64,000 nt of DNA, taken from assembly GCF_009914755.1 (NCBI RefSeq), contig NC_060939.1; one strand, given 5' to 3'. The notes under the pieces were generated by a model. It had not been told where the DNA came from and searched no databases. It saw nothing but the letters and a program-made list of their open reading frames with translations. Position numbers and translations under genes: made by a program. This DNA comes from the human T2T-CHM13v2.0 reference genome, Homo sapiens. Numbering within the stretch: position 1 is the stretch's first letter; each line of letters opens with the position of its first letter. Shown here in pieces: positions 14,260 to 31,136 of this stretch.

Positions 14260-16094
14260 TCACACCCAGTACTGGCCATTCTTAAGGGCAGGGTTGGGTG
14301 TCCGGCAGAACTGCAGCAGCTCTGGGTCAGGCTGGCCTCCTGGAGGGGGCCCCTGGCCAGGCACAGCTGTGAGCGGGATGGCCTGGCCTGGCTCCACCTT
14401 GCGAAAGGTCTCGGTGTCACCAGCCAGGCCGTTGCGGGGCTTGGCAGTCAGGACCTGGACGTCATGCTTGCCCGTCTTGTTGCGTTTTCGGAGGTAGAAG
14501 AGCAGGGGCAGGATGAGCGCCAGGAGCAGAAGTACCAGGCACATGGGGATGATGACGCTGAACATGTTGGCCTCAAGGAAGCTCAGGAAGCCTCCCTTGG
14601 CCACAGCGGGCTCAGGGCTGGATGCCATGGGGCCTGGCTCGCCTGTGGGGGTGCTGCTCTCTGGCTTCCCTGCTTCCGTCCGGGCGGCCTCGGGGACACT
14701 GAGCAGGGCCACGCTGTAGGGCCGGGCAGCATTGTAAGGCTCAGTGGCAAAGTCCAGGGAGGCCACAGCAGGCGGGACGCCCTGTGCCCACAGCTCCAGA
14801 GTGAGACTGTCACCTGCGGGGCCGGGGGCCCTCCCCTCTGGCCTGCCCACCTCCAGCCCCAGCCTCCCGTCCTCAAGGTCCTGCTGAGTGAACTGCTCCA
14901 CCAGCTGGCTGCCCCCGGGCTCCGTCCTGGCTCGGGGCACGCGGACCACGCGGCCATGCCGGGGTCCCTCCAGGAGGCGGAAGCGCGGCACACTGCCTGT
15001 GCGGTTGGCCAGCTCGCCAGCATCTAGGACGGTGGGGTCCAGGCGCAGGGTGGCACCCTGGGGCCATGGCCCACCTGCCCACACATGCAGCAGAGCCCTC
15101 ACAGTGACGTTCACTACGGCTGATGCATTGACACCCCTAGCCAGTGCCAGGACTCTGAAGTGGTCATGAGAGGAGGAGAAGTTGGTGAAGGCAAAGACCA
15201 CCTCGCCCTGGTCTATCTGGAATTGGCTGAAGGCCGAGGTGGGCCGCCCGCCCACCAGGAGATGCCCATACTGGGGTCCCTGGATGAGGCGGTATGCTGC
15301 CTCTGGCTCCTCCCGATCTGAAACCACCCGGAGCTGCTGCTGGCTCAGTGAGGAGCGCCCCAAAGCTTGGGGCACCTCCAGGGGTGCCCGCAGCTGCACC
15401 TCGATGGCGGATGGTAGGATGTCCACAGCCAGGGACATGGGCAGGGGTGGGCTGGCCCCATCAGACATGCTCAGCTGGAAGATGCCTGCCACGCTGCTCC
15501 CGTTGGCCACGAAGGCCAGCCGCCCTGAATCCACATCGGCTTGCGTGAAGCGGGTCACGGGCCCCAGGCCACCACCCACCAGGCTGAGGAAGCCGTTGTG
15601 GGGTGCCCGCTGGACCTCGTACTCAATCTCCCCAGGAGCTGAGTCTGGGTCCACCACACTCAGCTGGGCCCGGGAGATGGGGGCACGAGAGCCTCGGGTG
15701 AGCCGGAGTGGGACAGAGGCCTGTGGCTGAGGGGGCCGCTCATTTACATCCCTCACCGTGATGGCAAAGGCCTCTGAGGTTTGGGGTCCAGCCACGGAGG
15801 CCCCTGCTGGCCCCTGGAGGTGGGCACGAAAGTGGAAGCCATCCTGCTGGGTGCCCCCACCGCCGTGGGCATACACTAGCTGCCCTGCAGCCAGCTGGGA
15901 CTGCAGGAAGTGGGGCTGCCCAGCATGGAGGGGCTCCTCGGACACCAACAGCTGGCCCCGGCTGGGGAACTGTGTGACCTGGAAGAGCACATCATGCTCT
16001 GAGCGCTGGGGTGATGGAACGCTGGCCAAGAGATTGGAGGCATCCAGAGCAGCCACGGTGATCCTGGCCCGCTGGCCCTCGGGGACCCAGAGAC
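14260..16094 (-). CDS. CSPG4: CSPG4 exon 10 coding part (juxtamembrane repeats, TM helix, cytoplasmic tail ending in PDZ-binding QYWV)
   Basis: Acceptor cacccccag|; 1835 nt to TGA; hydrophobic segment VIIPMCLVLLLLALILPLLFYL followed by RKRNK; total CDS 6969 nt = 2322 aa. Confidence 0.98.
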
Positions 16095-16412
16095 CTGGGG
16101 GTGGGACATAGGCTATGAGGGTCCAGCCCACTGAGGGGAGAGTGATGGACCCTCAGCTGGGGGTGCCTCAGGGCAAGGATGTGCCTCCCCCCAACCATCA
16201 AGCCAGGTCCTCCAGGGTGGGGCTCAGGGTTCCCAGGAGGATAAGGACTATGTCCCCGCTGTGATGTCAAAGCTTCCCCACTCACCCTCCCTGTGACTTC
16301 CCAGGTCCTGGGGGCTGAGACAGGAGCTGCTGACCCTGGCCTCGTGTCCCCTCCTCCTGGGCCTCTCCCATTGTCCCTCCCCACAATCTTGCCAGCTTAT
16401 CATGCTGTTCAC

Positions 16413-16596
16413 CTTTGTTCTTCCAGAGGTGGCTGGGGTGCTGGGGACAGGCAGCCTCAAAAGACACAGCCACAGCAAGGGTGGCGGCCACGTCCCGGGC
16501 AGGCGGCGAGGACAGCTGGAGCTCTAGGGTATCATGGGCCTCCCAAAAGGGCTCGGGGGGCATCTCATGCTCATACAGAATATTCCCAGCGTAGAC
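16413..16596 (-). CDS. CSPG4: CSPG4 exon 9 (VYAGNILYEHE...WKNK)
   Basis: Acceptor tctcccctag|, donor G|GTGAAC; 184 nt. Confidence 0.96.
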
Positions 16597-17047
16597 CTAG
16601 GGGAGACACCATCGTGGGGTGAGAGGCAGGTCCAGCCTGTGTTGTCCAGACACTGAGCACTTTTGTCTCCTCAGGCCCCACTCTGGGCTCTCCTGGGTGT
16701 GCCCAGGTCTGTGCGTGTGACCCGCTGTCTCCCTCACTAACTCACTGGGTCACATCAGGCAATGCAGTGCAGAGCTGGGCTCTGGAGCCGGAGCCTGGGC
16801 TCAAACCCCAACTCTGCCACCCTGGGGAAATCGCCTAATTTCTCTGACCTCTGGGGAATGCAATGATCTGTCTGTGCTGCTCTCTAAAGCGAGTACTTCC
16901 TCTTGTGCACAGGATCCTATCCCCTCTTGCCTTCTGAAGACACCACTTCTACTGTCTCTTGGCTTTCTCCTATGGTGTCAGTTCCCCCCAGATGCATCAT
17001 TCCCTTCATTATGCAACTATGCTATTCTTTTGTCTCACTTACATTAA

Positions 17048-17584
<537 letters not shown>

Positions 17585-18399
17585 TAACTGCTCAGTGGCA
17601 CTGGTGCCGCCAAGCAACCCTTCCTCCAAGAGAGCCACAGGCTCTGGGATACTTCACTCTGGGGTTCCTCCTACCTCACAGACTCTCCTGGCTGGTCCTC
17701 CTCTTCTCCCCAACATCTTATGGCCAGGTCTCCAGGCTCTTTTCTGTCTACAGGCACTCTCCATGAGTCCTTATTCAGTCTCCTGGCCTCAAATGCCAGC
17801 TGTGCTGAGACCCCCTTATTTGTAGCTCCAGCCTAGCCTGCTCTCCCCTGAACCCCAGACTCATGTTTCCAGCCACCTCTGCCGATATCTAATAGACACC
17901 TCAAACTCAACCTGCCCCGGCTGCACTCCCGATCGGCCCCCACCTCCTACAGTCATCCTGCTTCAGAGACTATAGCTCCGTTTTCAAGGGCTCAGGCCAC
18001 ACCCTTGGAACCACCCTTGCATCCTCTCTTTCCCTCAAACCACCTCATCTCTCACCTGGATTATCGTAACAGCTTCCTGTGTCCCAGCTGCAGTCCCCCG
18101 CCCATTACATTTTGTTCCTAACACAGCAGCCAGAGTGAGCCTTTTGAAAGGGAAGATTATGGGGCTCTTTGGCTCACATAGTGCAGTGTCTCCCCATCTG
18201 ACCACTAAGGCCTGGCTGTGACCATATCACCCCTGCGACCTCAACTCCCCTCACCTCCACTCCAGACACACCTGCTGTTCTATGGTGCTGCCTGCAGTTC
18301 AACACCAAAGAATATTCTTCGCTCCAGGAAGAAAAACGGTTTTCTCCACCTCCAATCACAATGTGTTCTTTTGGCCTATCTTTTGCTCCCCACCCCCCC

Positions 18400-18693
18400 T
18401 TTTTTTTGAGACGGAGTCTTGCTCTGTCGCCCAGGCTGGAATGCAGTGGCACGATCTTGGCTCACTGCAACCTCCACCTCCACCTCCCGGGTTCAAGCGA
18501 TTCCCCTGCCTCAGCCTCCTGAGTAGCTGGGACTATAAATGCGTGCCACCACGCCCAGCTCATTTTTTGTATTTTAGTAGAGATGGGGTTTCACCATGTT
18601 AGCCAGGATAGTTTCGATCTCTTGACCTCGTGATCCACCCGCCTTGGCCTCCCAAAGTGCTGGGATTACAGCTGTGAGCCACCGCGCCCGGCC
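18400..18693 (-). mobile_element. Alu (AluS/Sc-like)
   Basis: Both arms, ending accgcgcccggcc. Confidence 0.92.
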
Positions 18694-18814
18694 TTATTTT
18701 CCCCTTTTAGGAAACACTGGGAACTATTTTCTTCTCAGAGAAAAACAGGACTTGCCCAATAGTAACATGGAAACTTAACAGGGTCTTAACCTGTGAAGAC
18801 TCTAGGAGCAGAAC

Positions 18815-19030
18815 CCGGAGTAAGGGGGAGCAGGGGCCGGAGTAAGGGGAGCAGGGCCCCGTCTAAGATGGGGCAGGGCCTGGGCTAAGGGAGAGCAGGG
18901 CCGGGCTAAGGGGAGGCAGGGCCCAGTCTGAGGTGGGGGCAGGGCCTGGTCTAAGGGGAGCAGAGCCTGGGCTAAAGGGCAGCTGAGCCCAGTCTGAAGG
19001 AGAGCCGAGCTATCTGAATAGGGGCTAGCA
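18815..19030 (+). repeat. Degenerate G-rich minisatellite, ~21-22 bp unit, ~10 copies
   Basis: Units such as ccggagtaaggggagcagggc, ctgggctaagggagagcaggg and ctggtctaaggggagcagagc. Confidence 0.85.
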
Positions 19031-21010
19031 CCTGTTCTAAAGGAAGTGGCTGCTCCCCTGCTTTCGCTGTAAGAGGGAACACAGGCCTTTTAAGAAAATG
19101 GGAATCAAGTTTTTTGTTTAATTTCCCAAAGGTTATATGTTGACAATTAACTTCAAAGTATTAGCTGCTTTTTGTAGGCCAAATAAACACGTCTGTGGGC
19201 CAGATCTGGCCCAGGACTAGAGTTGCCAGTGGCAACTTCTGGCCCAGGCTGAATGGTGGGCAGGAAGGAAATGGAGCCCCCAGGAGTGGGAGTGGGAGCT
19301 GATGCCTGGGTACGGGAGCTCTGTGGGTGGGAGTGAGACAAAAAACAGGGTCTTGAGCTCTGGGGAGCAAGCAGTGTCCTCCAGTGAAGGAAATCCTGGA
19401 CTCGCAGGCAGAAGTTTTGCCTCTTACTCGCCATGTGCTCTGAATAAAGTTACCTGCCCTCCACGAGCCTGTTTCCTTATCTGAAAAATGGGGACACCTG
19501 ACCCCTTCCCTGCCCAGTTTAGTGTTGTGGGACAGGGCTGCTGTCAAGACAATACCCAGTCCTGCCCTCCTCCCAGAGTGGGCCAGGGTAGCCCACGTAG
19601 CCTCTTCCCTGCTTTCCTGGGTGGCACTGCCAGCCTGACCCCCTGGTGTCCATTCAATCTAGTCCTTCATATTTCTGGGGCACGGGGAAGCTCTGAGTAA
19701 CGTGGGACTATAAAGTGCAAGAGGGTTGCTGATGGCCTGGTCCCGTGCCCTCTCCATTCCTGGGCATTCTTGACAAAGGCTCCCAGCAACTGCGGGTACG
19801 CAGCAGCTGCAGACACCAGCCTGACAAATATCTCATTGTGGGGAGGGGGCCATAGCAGGAGTGGGGAGCCAGGGAAATACAGAACCTGGGACTGGGAGGT
19901 GTTGATGTGAGAAGCCCAAGAAACTTCATTCCACCTGCCAAAGCCACCTCCTTCCAGATGCCCAAATCTGAGCCACTTGCTGGGCAGGGACTTTGGCTTT
20001 GCACTTGCTGAATACCATCTGCACCTCTCAGGAGGGAGAGTGCCAGGCTCAGGAGTCCCTGCCCAGCAAGGGAGCTAGGAAAGGGGGCTGGGGTGGGCTC
20101 TGCCATTTTTTGAAGGCTGGCAGGGGGACCCCTCAGGAGGTACTTGGGGCAGTACCATATGCTGTGGCTCCTGAGTGAGAGTCAGCTCTGCGCCCCACAA
20201 GACCACTCCCTACCCAGAATTCACTGTCATCATGTGCTGGGTCCAGATGCCCATGCAGCCTCCTGGCGGGAGCATCACATGTGCCGCCTGCCTGGGATGG
20301 CCCATGGAAGAGTCTGCCCCGCTCTGCCCTGCTATGGAACAACTCCTGTTCTGTCTTCAGCGAGTGGTGTTCATTTAAGTGATGACTGGGCTGGCCCCCA
20401 TGGCACAGTTATCACAGAGAGTCTGCTGCTACCCATGGCTGAGAGCTCTAATTCTTCCTGGTGGTCTCTGAAGCCACCAGGACGGATGAACAGCAGCTTC
20501 ACCCTCTTGGCTGACTCAGCTGCCTTTCATCAGCTCATCTGCCCCTAGGATCCACTCTGCCTCTGGCTGGCACTTGACCTGAGCCCCAGGCTCACACCTC
20601 TGCCCACAGGCCCAGCCGCTGCTTCACGTCCAACTCCATCCCCCACCAAGCACTGCCCCTCATCAGCTACTGGGGTACCACTAGTGCCCCCACATGGTGC
20701 CCCCTCTCCAGACCCTCGGGTCCGGCTGTAGCTTCCTTCTGGAAGCTATACCCCAAGACCCCAGCCCTGCTCTAGGGCCCTGTATCCCCGACTTTCTGCA
20801 TCCTTCTCCCTCCTTCTGGGAACATGAACTTGCCCTGCCAGCCTGGCGGCTCCTGGAGGACAGGACACTAGCGCCTGGACAATGGCAGGCCCGGGAACGT
20901 CTGCTGCCAGTGATGCTGGAGCTGGCATCCATGTCCACATGATGTCCATGGCACAGCGGCCACCTGAGGCTGGGGGCATCTGAGTGGTGGCTGCAAAGTT
21001 GGGCCCTTAC

Positions 21011-21177
21011 CTCTGCCTGAGTGAAGTTCACCAGGGCCTCCCCTGTGCTGTCCTGCTGGGCGTGGAACAGCCGGCCTAGCTGGGGGCCCCGCACCACACG
21101 GTAGAGCAGGAGCTGGGGGTCAGTGCCTGCGCTGGAGCTGGCCCTGAGGGTCTGACTGCTGAGTGGCTGGACGGACC
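21011..21177 (-). CDS. CSPG4: CSPG4 exon 8 (GSVQPLSS...VNFTQAE)
   Basis: Acceptor cctctggcag|, donor GAG|GTAAGG; 167 nt. Confidence 0.96.
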
Positions 21178-21324
21178 CTGCCAGAGGCAAAAGGGGATAT
21201 CAGATTTTGACTGGGAGCCAGGTCCAGGCCTGTGTTTGCAAAGAGGCAGCGTGACCCTGGCATGCCACCCTCAGCTCCGCCCCAGCTCCTGGCACCCAGG
21301 AATGCCCATGATCAGCACACCCAC

Positions 21325-21459
21325 CTGGGCAGACAGTCAGTGTCTGGCTGCCCTTCAGCGAGAGGAGCACTTGCTTCTGGGCCGTCACTCGGAAGAAGTG
21401 TCCGGGGGAAGTGTGCTCGCCGTCAGAGAGGCGGAAGCGGAAGCCTCCATCCAGGGTTC
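21325..21459 (-). CDS. CSPG4: CSPG4 exon 7 (GTLDGGFRFRLSDG...VCP)
   Basis: Acceptor ctgtccccag|, donor G|GTGGGT; 135 nt, phase 1/1. Confidence 0.96.
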
Positions 21460-21560
21460 CTGGGGACAGGGGCATTGGGTCCAGCTGGCCCGAGCCGGCT
21501 CCCCATCTCAGGGCACCCCCGTGGGCAGCAGGAACCCGAGGCCCGGCCCTCAGCACCCAC

Positions 21561-21759
21561 CTCTGTGTGAGAACAGCACGAGCCCGCCGTCCAGCTGGGC
21601 CTGCGTGAAGCTGCGCACCTCAGTGCCCGGCGCCCCCCGCAGCACTACCCGCCCGTTGCTGGGCTGCTCGATGGTGTAGACCAGATCCTCAGACCCAGAG
21701 TCGCCGTCCGTGCTCCTCAGAGCCTCCGCAGGGATGGGCGCAGTGGCCCCCTCCCACAT
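21561..21759 (-). CDS. CSPG4: CSPG4 exon 6 (MWEGATAP...FSHR)
   Basis: Acceptor tgttcccag|, donor G|GTGGGT; 199 nt. Confidence 0.96.
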
Positions 21760-22613
21760 CTGGGAACACAGGCCTGTGAAGGTTCTGCCTTGCCGCACTC
21801 ACCCACCCCTTCCTCCCCGGCCCTGGGCTGCCACCAGGGCTCCAGTCCTGCTGCGGCTCAGCCCCTCGGGTGGCATCGAGGCTGGCGCCACTCTGGCTCC
21901 CCTGCACAAAGGGCCTCCCGCATTCACCTTCCCTGTCACCCCAGGGAAGGCCCCAGGGAAGGTCACCCTCCAGGCCCAGCCTCCCTGCTCTCCATCTGCC
22001 CTAGTCCTGCGTGTCCCTCAAGGCCAGCTTATGTCCCCTACCCAGGAAGGCCCCAGCTCTTACCCTCACCAAGTTCTCACTCCCAGAAACCCCCAGCGCT
22101 GACCAACAGTGCTCCCTAATCTGTCTCACTGGTGGGACAGGGGTCTCCTTTCAGAGCCTCCGTGTGTGCCTGGCCGGGGCTGGGCACAGGTGGGAATGGT
22201 GATTTTAGAAATGGGCCCTCCTTCCAGCTGAGGGAGGGGTGCGTGGCGCAGAGAGTGGGGGGCTGATGGTTGGCACTGTTCTGCAGCACAGAATCAGCGT
22301 GGGATGGGCCCAGGTGCTTCCAGAGCAGTTAGGGGCCCTCCTTATGTTGGGCAAAGGGGACCCCTTTTTCAGGCCTCCCACTTGCAAGCAGAGCAGGTGC
22401 CTGTTCCTGAGGTCCTGGTACCAGTCTTGCTGGGTCAATTACTTGCGGGCAGAGCTGCAGTGGGACTCACATGCCCGGAAAACAGAGCCTTCTGGCATTC
22501 CTGGGCTTCCTCCCCCGGCCCCAGGGAGCCCTCAGGCCCAGCCCTGGCAGGAGGGGCCATAATGTTGCGGGGCAGGACCCCAGCACTAGGCTTCTGGAGC
22601 AAACACAGGTAGA

Positions 22614-22632
22614 TGGCACCACCTGGTGGCCG
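22614..22632 (-). promoter_or_regulatory. Candidate CTCF site in intron 5
   Basis: Minus strand reads CGGCCACCAGGTGGTGCCA versus consensus TGGCCACCAGGGGGCGCTA. Confidence 0.6.
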
Positions 22633-22966
22633 TGCTGCCACACAGCCGTCCTGGCCTGTGGTTCCAGAGCACTGTGTCCCACTCTTTGGCGGCTTCCGCA
22701 CCACCAGGCCACCCGCTACGGGCACATCCTAGACCACCAAGGCCCCGCCCCCACCCCCGCCCCAGGCACCCCATGCCAGAGACAGCCCAAGTCAGCCCTT
22801 TATGGAAACTTCAGTGGCTCCTGCTGACCGGGGAGGATGCACCCCAGAAGCTGGGGTTCAAAGCCCTGCCATGTGGGCTTTGTAAAGCCATGCCCTTTCT
22901 GTTCCACCAGAACTACTTTTGCAACCATGGAGAAGTTCCATCCCACGTCTGGGCCTCAACTTCCAC

Positions 22967-23048
22967 CTGCAGAGTGGGGCCCTTACCTCTGCCTGAGCGA
23001 AGTTCACCAGGGCCTTCCCTGCACTGTCCTGCTGGGCGTGGAACAGCC
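22967..23048 (-). repeat. Intragenic 82-bp duplicate of the exon 8 3' end plus donor (source 20991-21072)
   Basis: Ungapped manual alignment, 76/82 identical; retains GAG|GTAAGG. Confidence 0.95.
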
Positions 23049-23453
23049 TTGTGCAGGAGTTTGGGGAGCCAAGCCATGGCCTTCACTTGCTGGGTGAAGG
23101 TGGGAAACTTAACAGCTTCCGCCCTGATGCCTGCCCTTAAGGGCTTGTAAGTGATTCTGTCAGATGTTCTGGTCCTTAGCCACAGAAGAAGGAACAGCAG
23201 AGCCACCCGTGGCCGCTCAGAAGTCTGCCTACCATACTTGCAAACATCCAATAAAAAAACTTCCCACCTGTGTTCTATTTCAGCACAATCTCACTTCTCT
23301 CCTTCCAACAACCCCGTGAGGCATGTGGCAGCGTCCCCATTTTGCAGAGGAGGAAACTGAGGATCAGAGCTGGGGGAGCTCTGAGCCGCGAAGTAGGGGA
23401 CGCTGGCCTCTTTCTCGAAGCAGACATGGGGGTGTTCCCAGGGATGCTCTCAC

Positions 23454-23630
23454 CTGCAGGCCTGTGTTTGTAGTGAGGATGGGGGGTTGGTCATTGACAG
23501 GCAGGACAGTGACAGTGAAGGCCACAGGATGGCTCTGGCGATCCATCTCGGAGGCATTAGCCATCAGGACAAAACTGTCTGTCAGTGTCTCGCTCCCGTC
23601 ATGCACGTAGCGGATCAGCTGCTCTTCCAC
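23454..23630 (-). CDS. CSPG4: CSPG4 exon 5 (VEEQLIRYVHDGSE...NTGLQ)
   Basis: Acceptor ctgcccctag|, donor CAG|GTGAGA; 177 nt; CSPG-repeat motifs YVHDGSE and PVND. Confidence 0.96.
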
Positions 23631-23936
23631 CTAGGGGCAGGCCCAGGGCTGGCAGTCAGGCCCCAGCAGCACCCTTCATGCCCTGCCTTTGGGTGCAGGA
23701 GGAGACTGACTCTTTTAGGGCTTCATTTTCCATTGGTAGAAAATGGGGACCATAAGTTCTGGCTCCGAGGAGTTGTGAGGAAGAAAAGATATATGGTATT
23801 TAAAGCATAGGTGCTTCTGAAATGTGACTCCCCGTCTCCTCTCTGTGTATAACCCCCAGACTGGGAGTCCCCAGGGCTCCCTCCACTCTGCCCCCAGAGC
23901 TGGGCTGCAGCCCCTGGGCCTCTCTCACAGCCATAC

Positions 23937-24822
<886 letters not shown>

Positions 24823-25992
24823 CTGGTCACATGTTAATGCCCACCCCACACACGGTTGCAGGGGGTCGGTCACACAGCTTGAGATGCACTCCCTCAGGGA
24901 GGTGCATAATCACATGTCCCCAGACTCAGTGACACAGACACACGAGTTCATCATATGCTGACGCAGTCACACATGTACACATGCGCGTGTGCACACGCAC
25001 ACACACAGGCCCCCCTGCTCAGGATCCGTTCAGGCCTGTGGCTGGTTTGCAGGCAGCACCTCCCCAGCCCCTGCTATTACCACCCAGGACCATCAGAGGG
25101 CGCCCCGCCCCACCCCTCCTGGAGGCACAGCCGCCTTCAGCTCAGGCCCTACAGAGCTCACGCCCCAAAGGCCACACGGGCTCCCTCACCTGACGGGCCA
25201 GCCACAAGAGGCCAAACCACCCCCAAACTCACATTCCTGTTCTATGCCTTTGCCCGGAATGTTCCTTCTGCCTGGAATACCACTCCCCATTCTCTGCTCC
25301 TGATGGCCTGTGCTCTTCAGAGCCCGGCCCAAACGCTGCCTCCTCCCGCGAGGCCTTCCTGACTCCAGATCTGCTGGCTTGCTGTCGGCCCCAAGCTCCA
25401 GACATGCAGACCAGAAGGGTCTCCGAAATGAGCAGTGTAGGAGAGTAAGGCCAAGAGCGGGCAAGGACTGGCCTGAGGTCACAGGGCAAGTCAGTGAGCC
25501 TGCTGGAGGGCCCGTGGTTGCTCTGTGGGGTTCCTGGGTGGGCAGAAGCCACCCAGGTCTGGGCTCTGAGAAAAGAGTGGGGGACATGAGGGTCTGAGGA
25601 GTAGCGGCCTGTCTCCACGGTCAGCAATCCCCAAAGCTCAGGACCCGTGATGTCCTCCCAGGGAACTGACTGCAATGGAGATTCTCGGGCTCCACGTCAG
25701 AGATTCTGTAGGGCTGGGTGGGGTCCAGGAATCTGCATGCTCAGCCATGTCATGGACATGAGTGGACACAACCTCTGGAGGCGCACACAACTCCCAGGAG
25801 GATGGGTGTATAGCAAGCTCCCCAGAAACTCCTGGGAGCACAACATATACGGGAGCACATCTGAGGCACGTGCACACATGTAACCTGGAGCCACCACAGC
25901 CACAGCCCAAGTCACGTGTGTTCCTGGCATGGAGGCTGGGAGAAGGCCCTCTACCTGGCCCACACCCCTGCTCACCACCTCCAACTCCTCAC

Positions 25993-29953
<3,961 letters not shown>

Positions 29954-30702
29954 CTAGGACAAGGGCCTCTGGTGCCACTCCTCTTGCCGTCCTGCCATCT
30001 CTTTATTCATCCTCCAAACACTCACCAAAGGAAACTCTGGGCCAGGGCTGGATGGGCTCTGGGGACCCTGATATGAATCAGATGTGGTCCTCGCCCACAA
30101 GGAACTGACATACAGCAAGATGCTCTCCTAGAAATCCAACCTGTGTTTTTAAATTCTTCCCCTCTTTCCTTGAGTGAGAGGTGCCAGAAATATTGTCTTG
30201 GAATCTGGATTTCAACTTTGGAATAATGGGTAACTGGGAATCCCTTGATCAGTCCCCTTCAACAGAGCAAAGTTTCTTGGGGTCATTGAAGGCAGCCAGG
30301 CTCACTGTTCAGGAATAGGCTAATTTTTAAATTAAAATTTAAATACTCTGTGTTCTGAAAAAAAGCTCCCTGACCTGGGGTGGAAGGAGATCTTGGGGAG
30401 AGATGAAGGACATAGTTCTGTCTCCATGACATTGACAGCAGAAATGGCTCTGGTACGGTGCTCCCAGATGATAGAATGGGAGGTGGCAGAGTATGGTAAC
30501 TGCAGAACCAGGGCACTAAGAACTATAATTTTGGAGTCCTGGTATGGAGCATCTCTGTAGGGGTGTGGCATCATTGTACCTACAGAACTGGACAGCCATC
30601 AGCACCAGCCTGCACCACGCTGGTGTTTAACAGTGAAAGCAGCAGACTGACCAAGCCCTAGTCCTCTCCCCATGGGGTGTGGAAGGAGATGGCTGCCCCA
30701 AA

Positions 30703-31136
<434 letters not shown>

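Noticed and set aside
14083-15027. 314-aa plus-strand ORF, and other long ORFs antisense to exons 3 and 10 (26497-27186, 27277-27906, 28258-29106)
   Set aside because: Shadow ORFs of GC-rich coding sequence; no recognisable domain or independent gene structure, and the 314-aa ORF has a non-ATG start.
18815-19030. CRISPR-like repeat-spacer array
   Set aside because: Contiguous degenerate tandem units with no unique spacers, in a primate intron.
25972-25992. Secreted isoform from exon 3 read-through (EVRSWRW*)
   Set aside because: I saw no sense-strand AATAAA in intron 3 to support a terminal exon.
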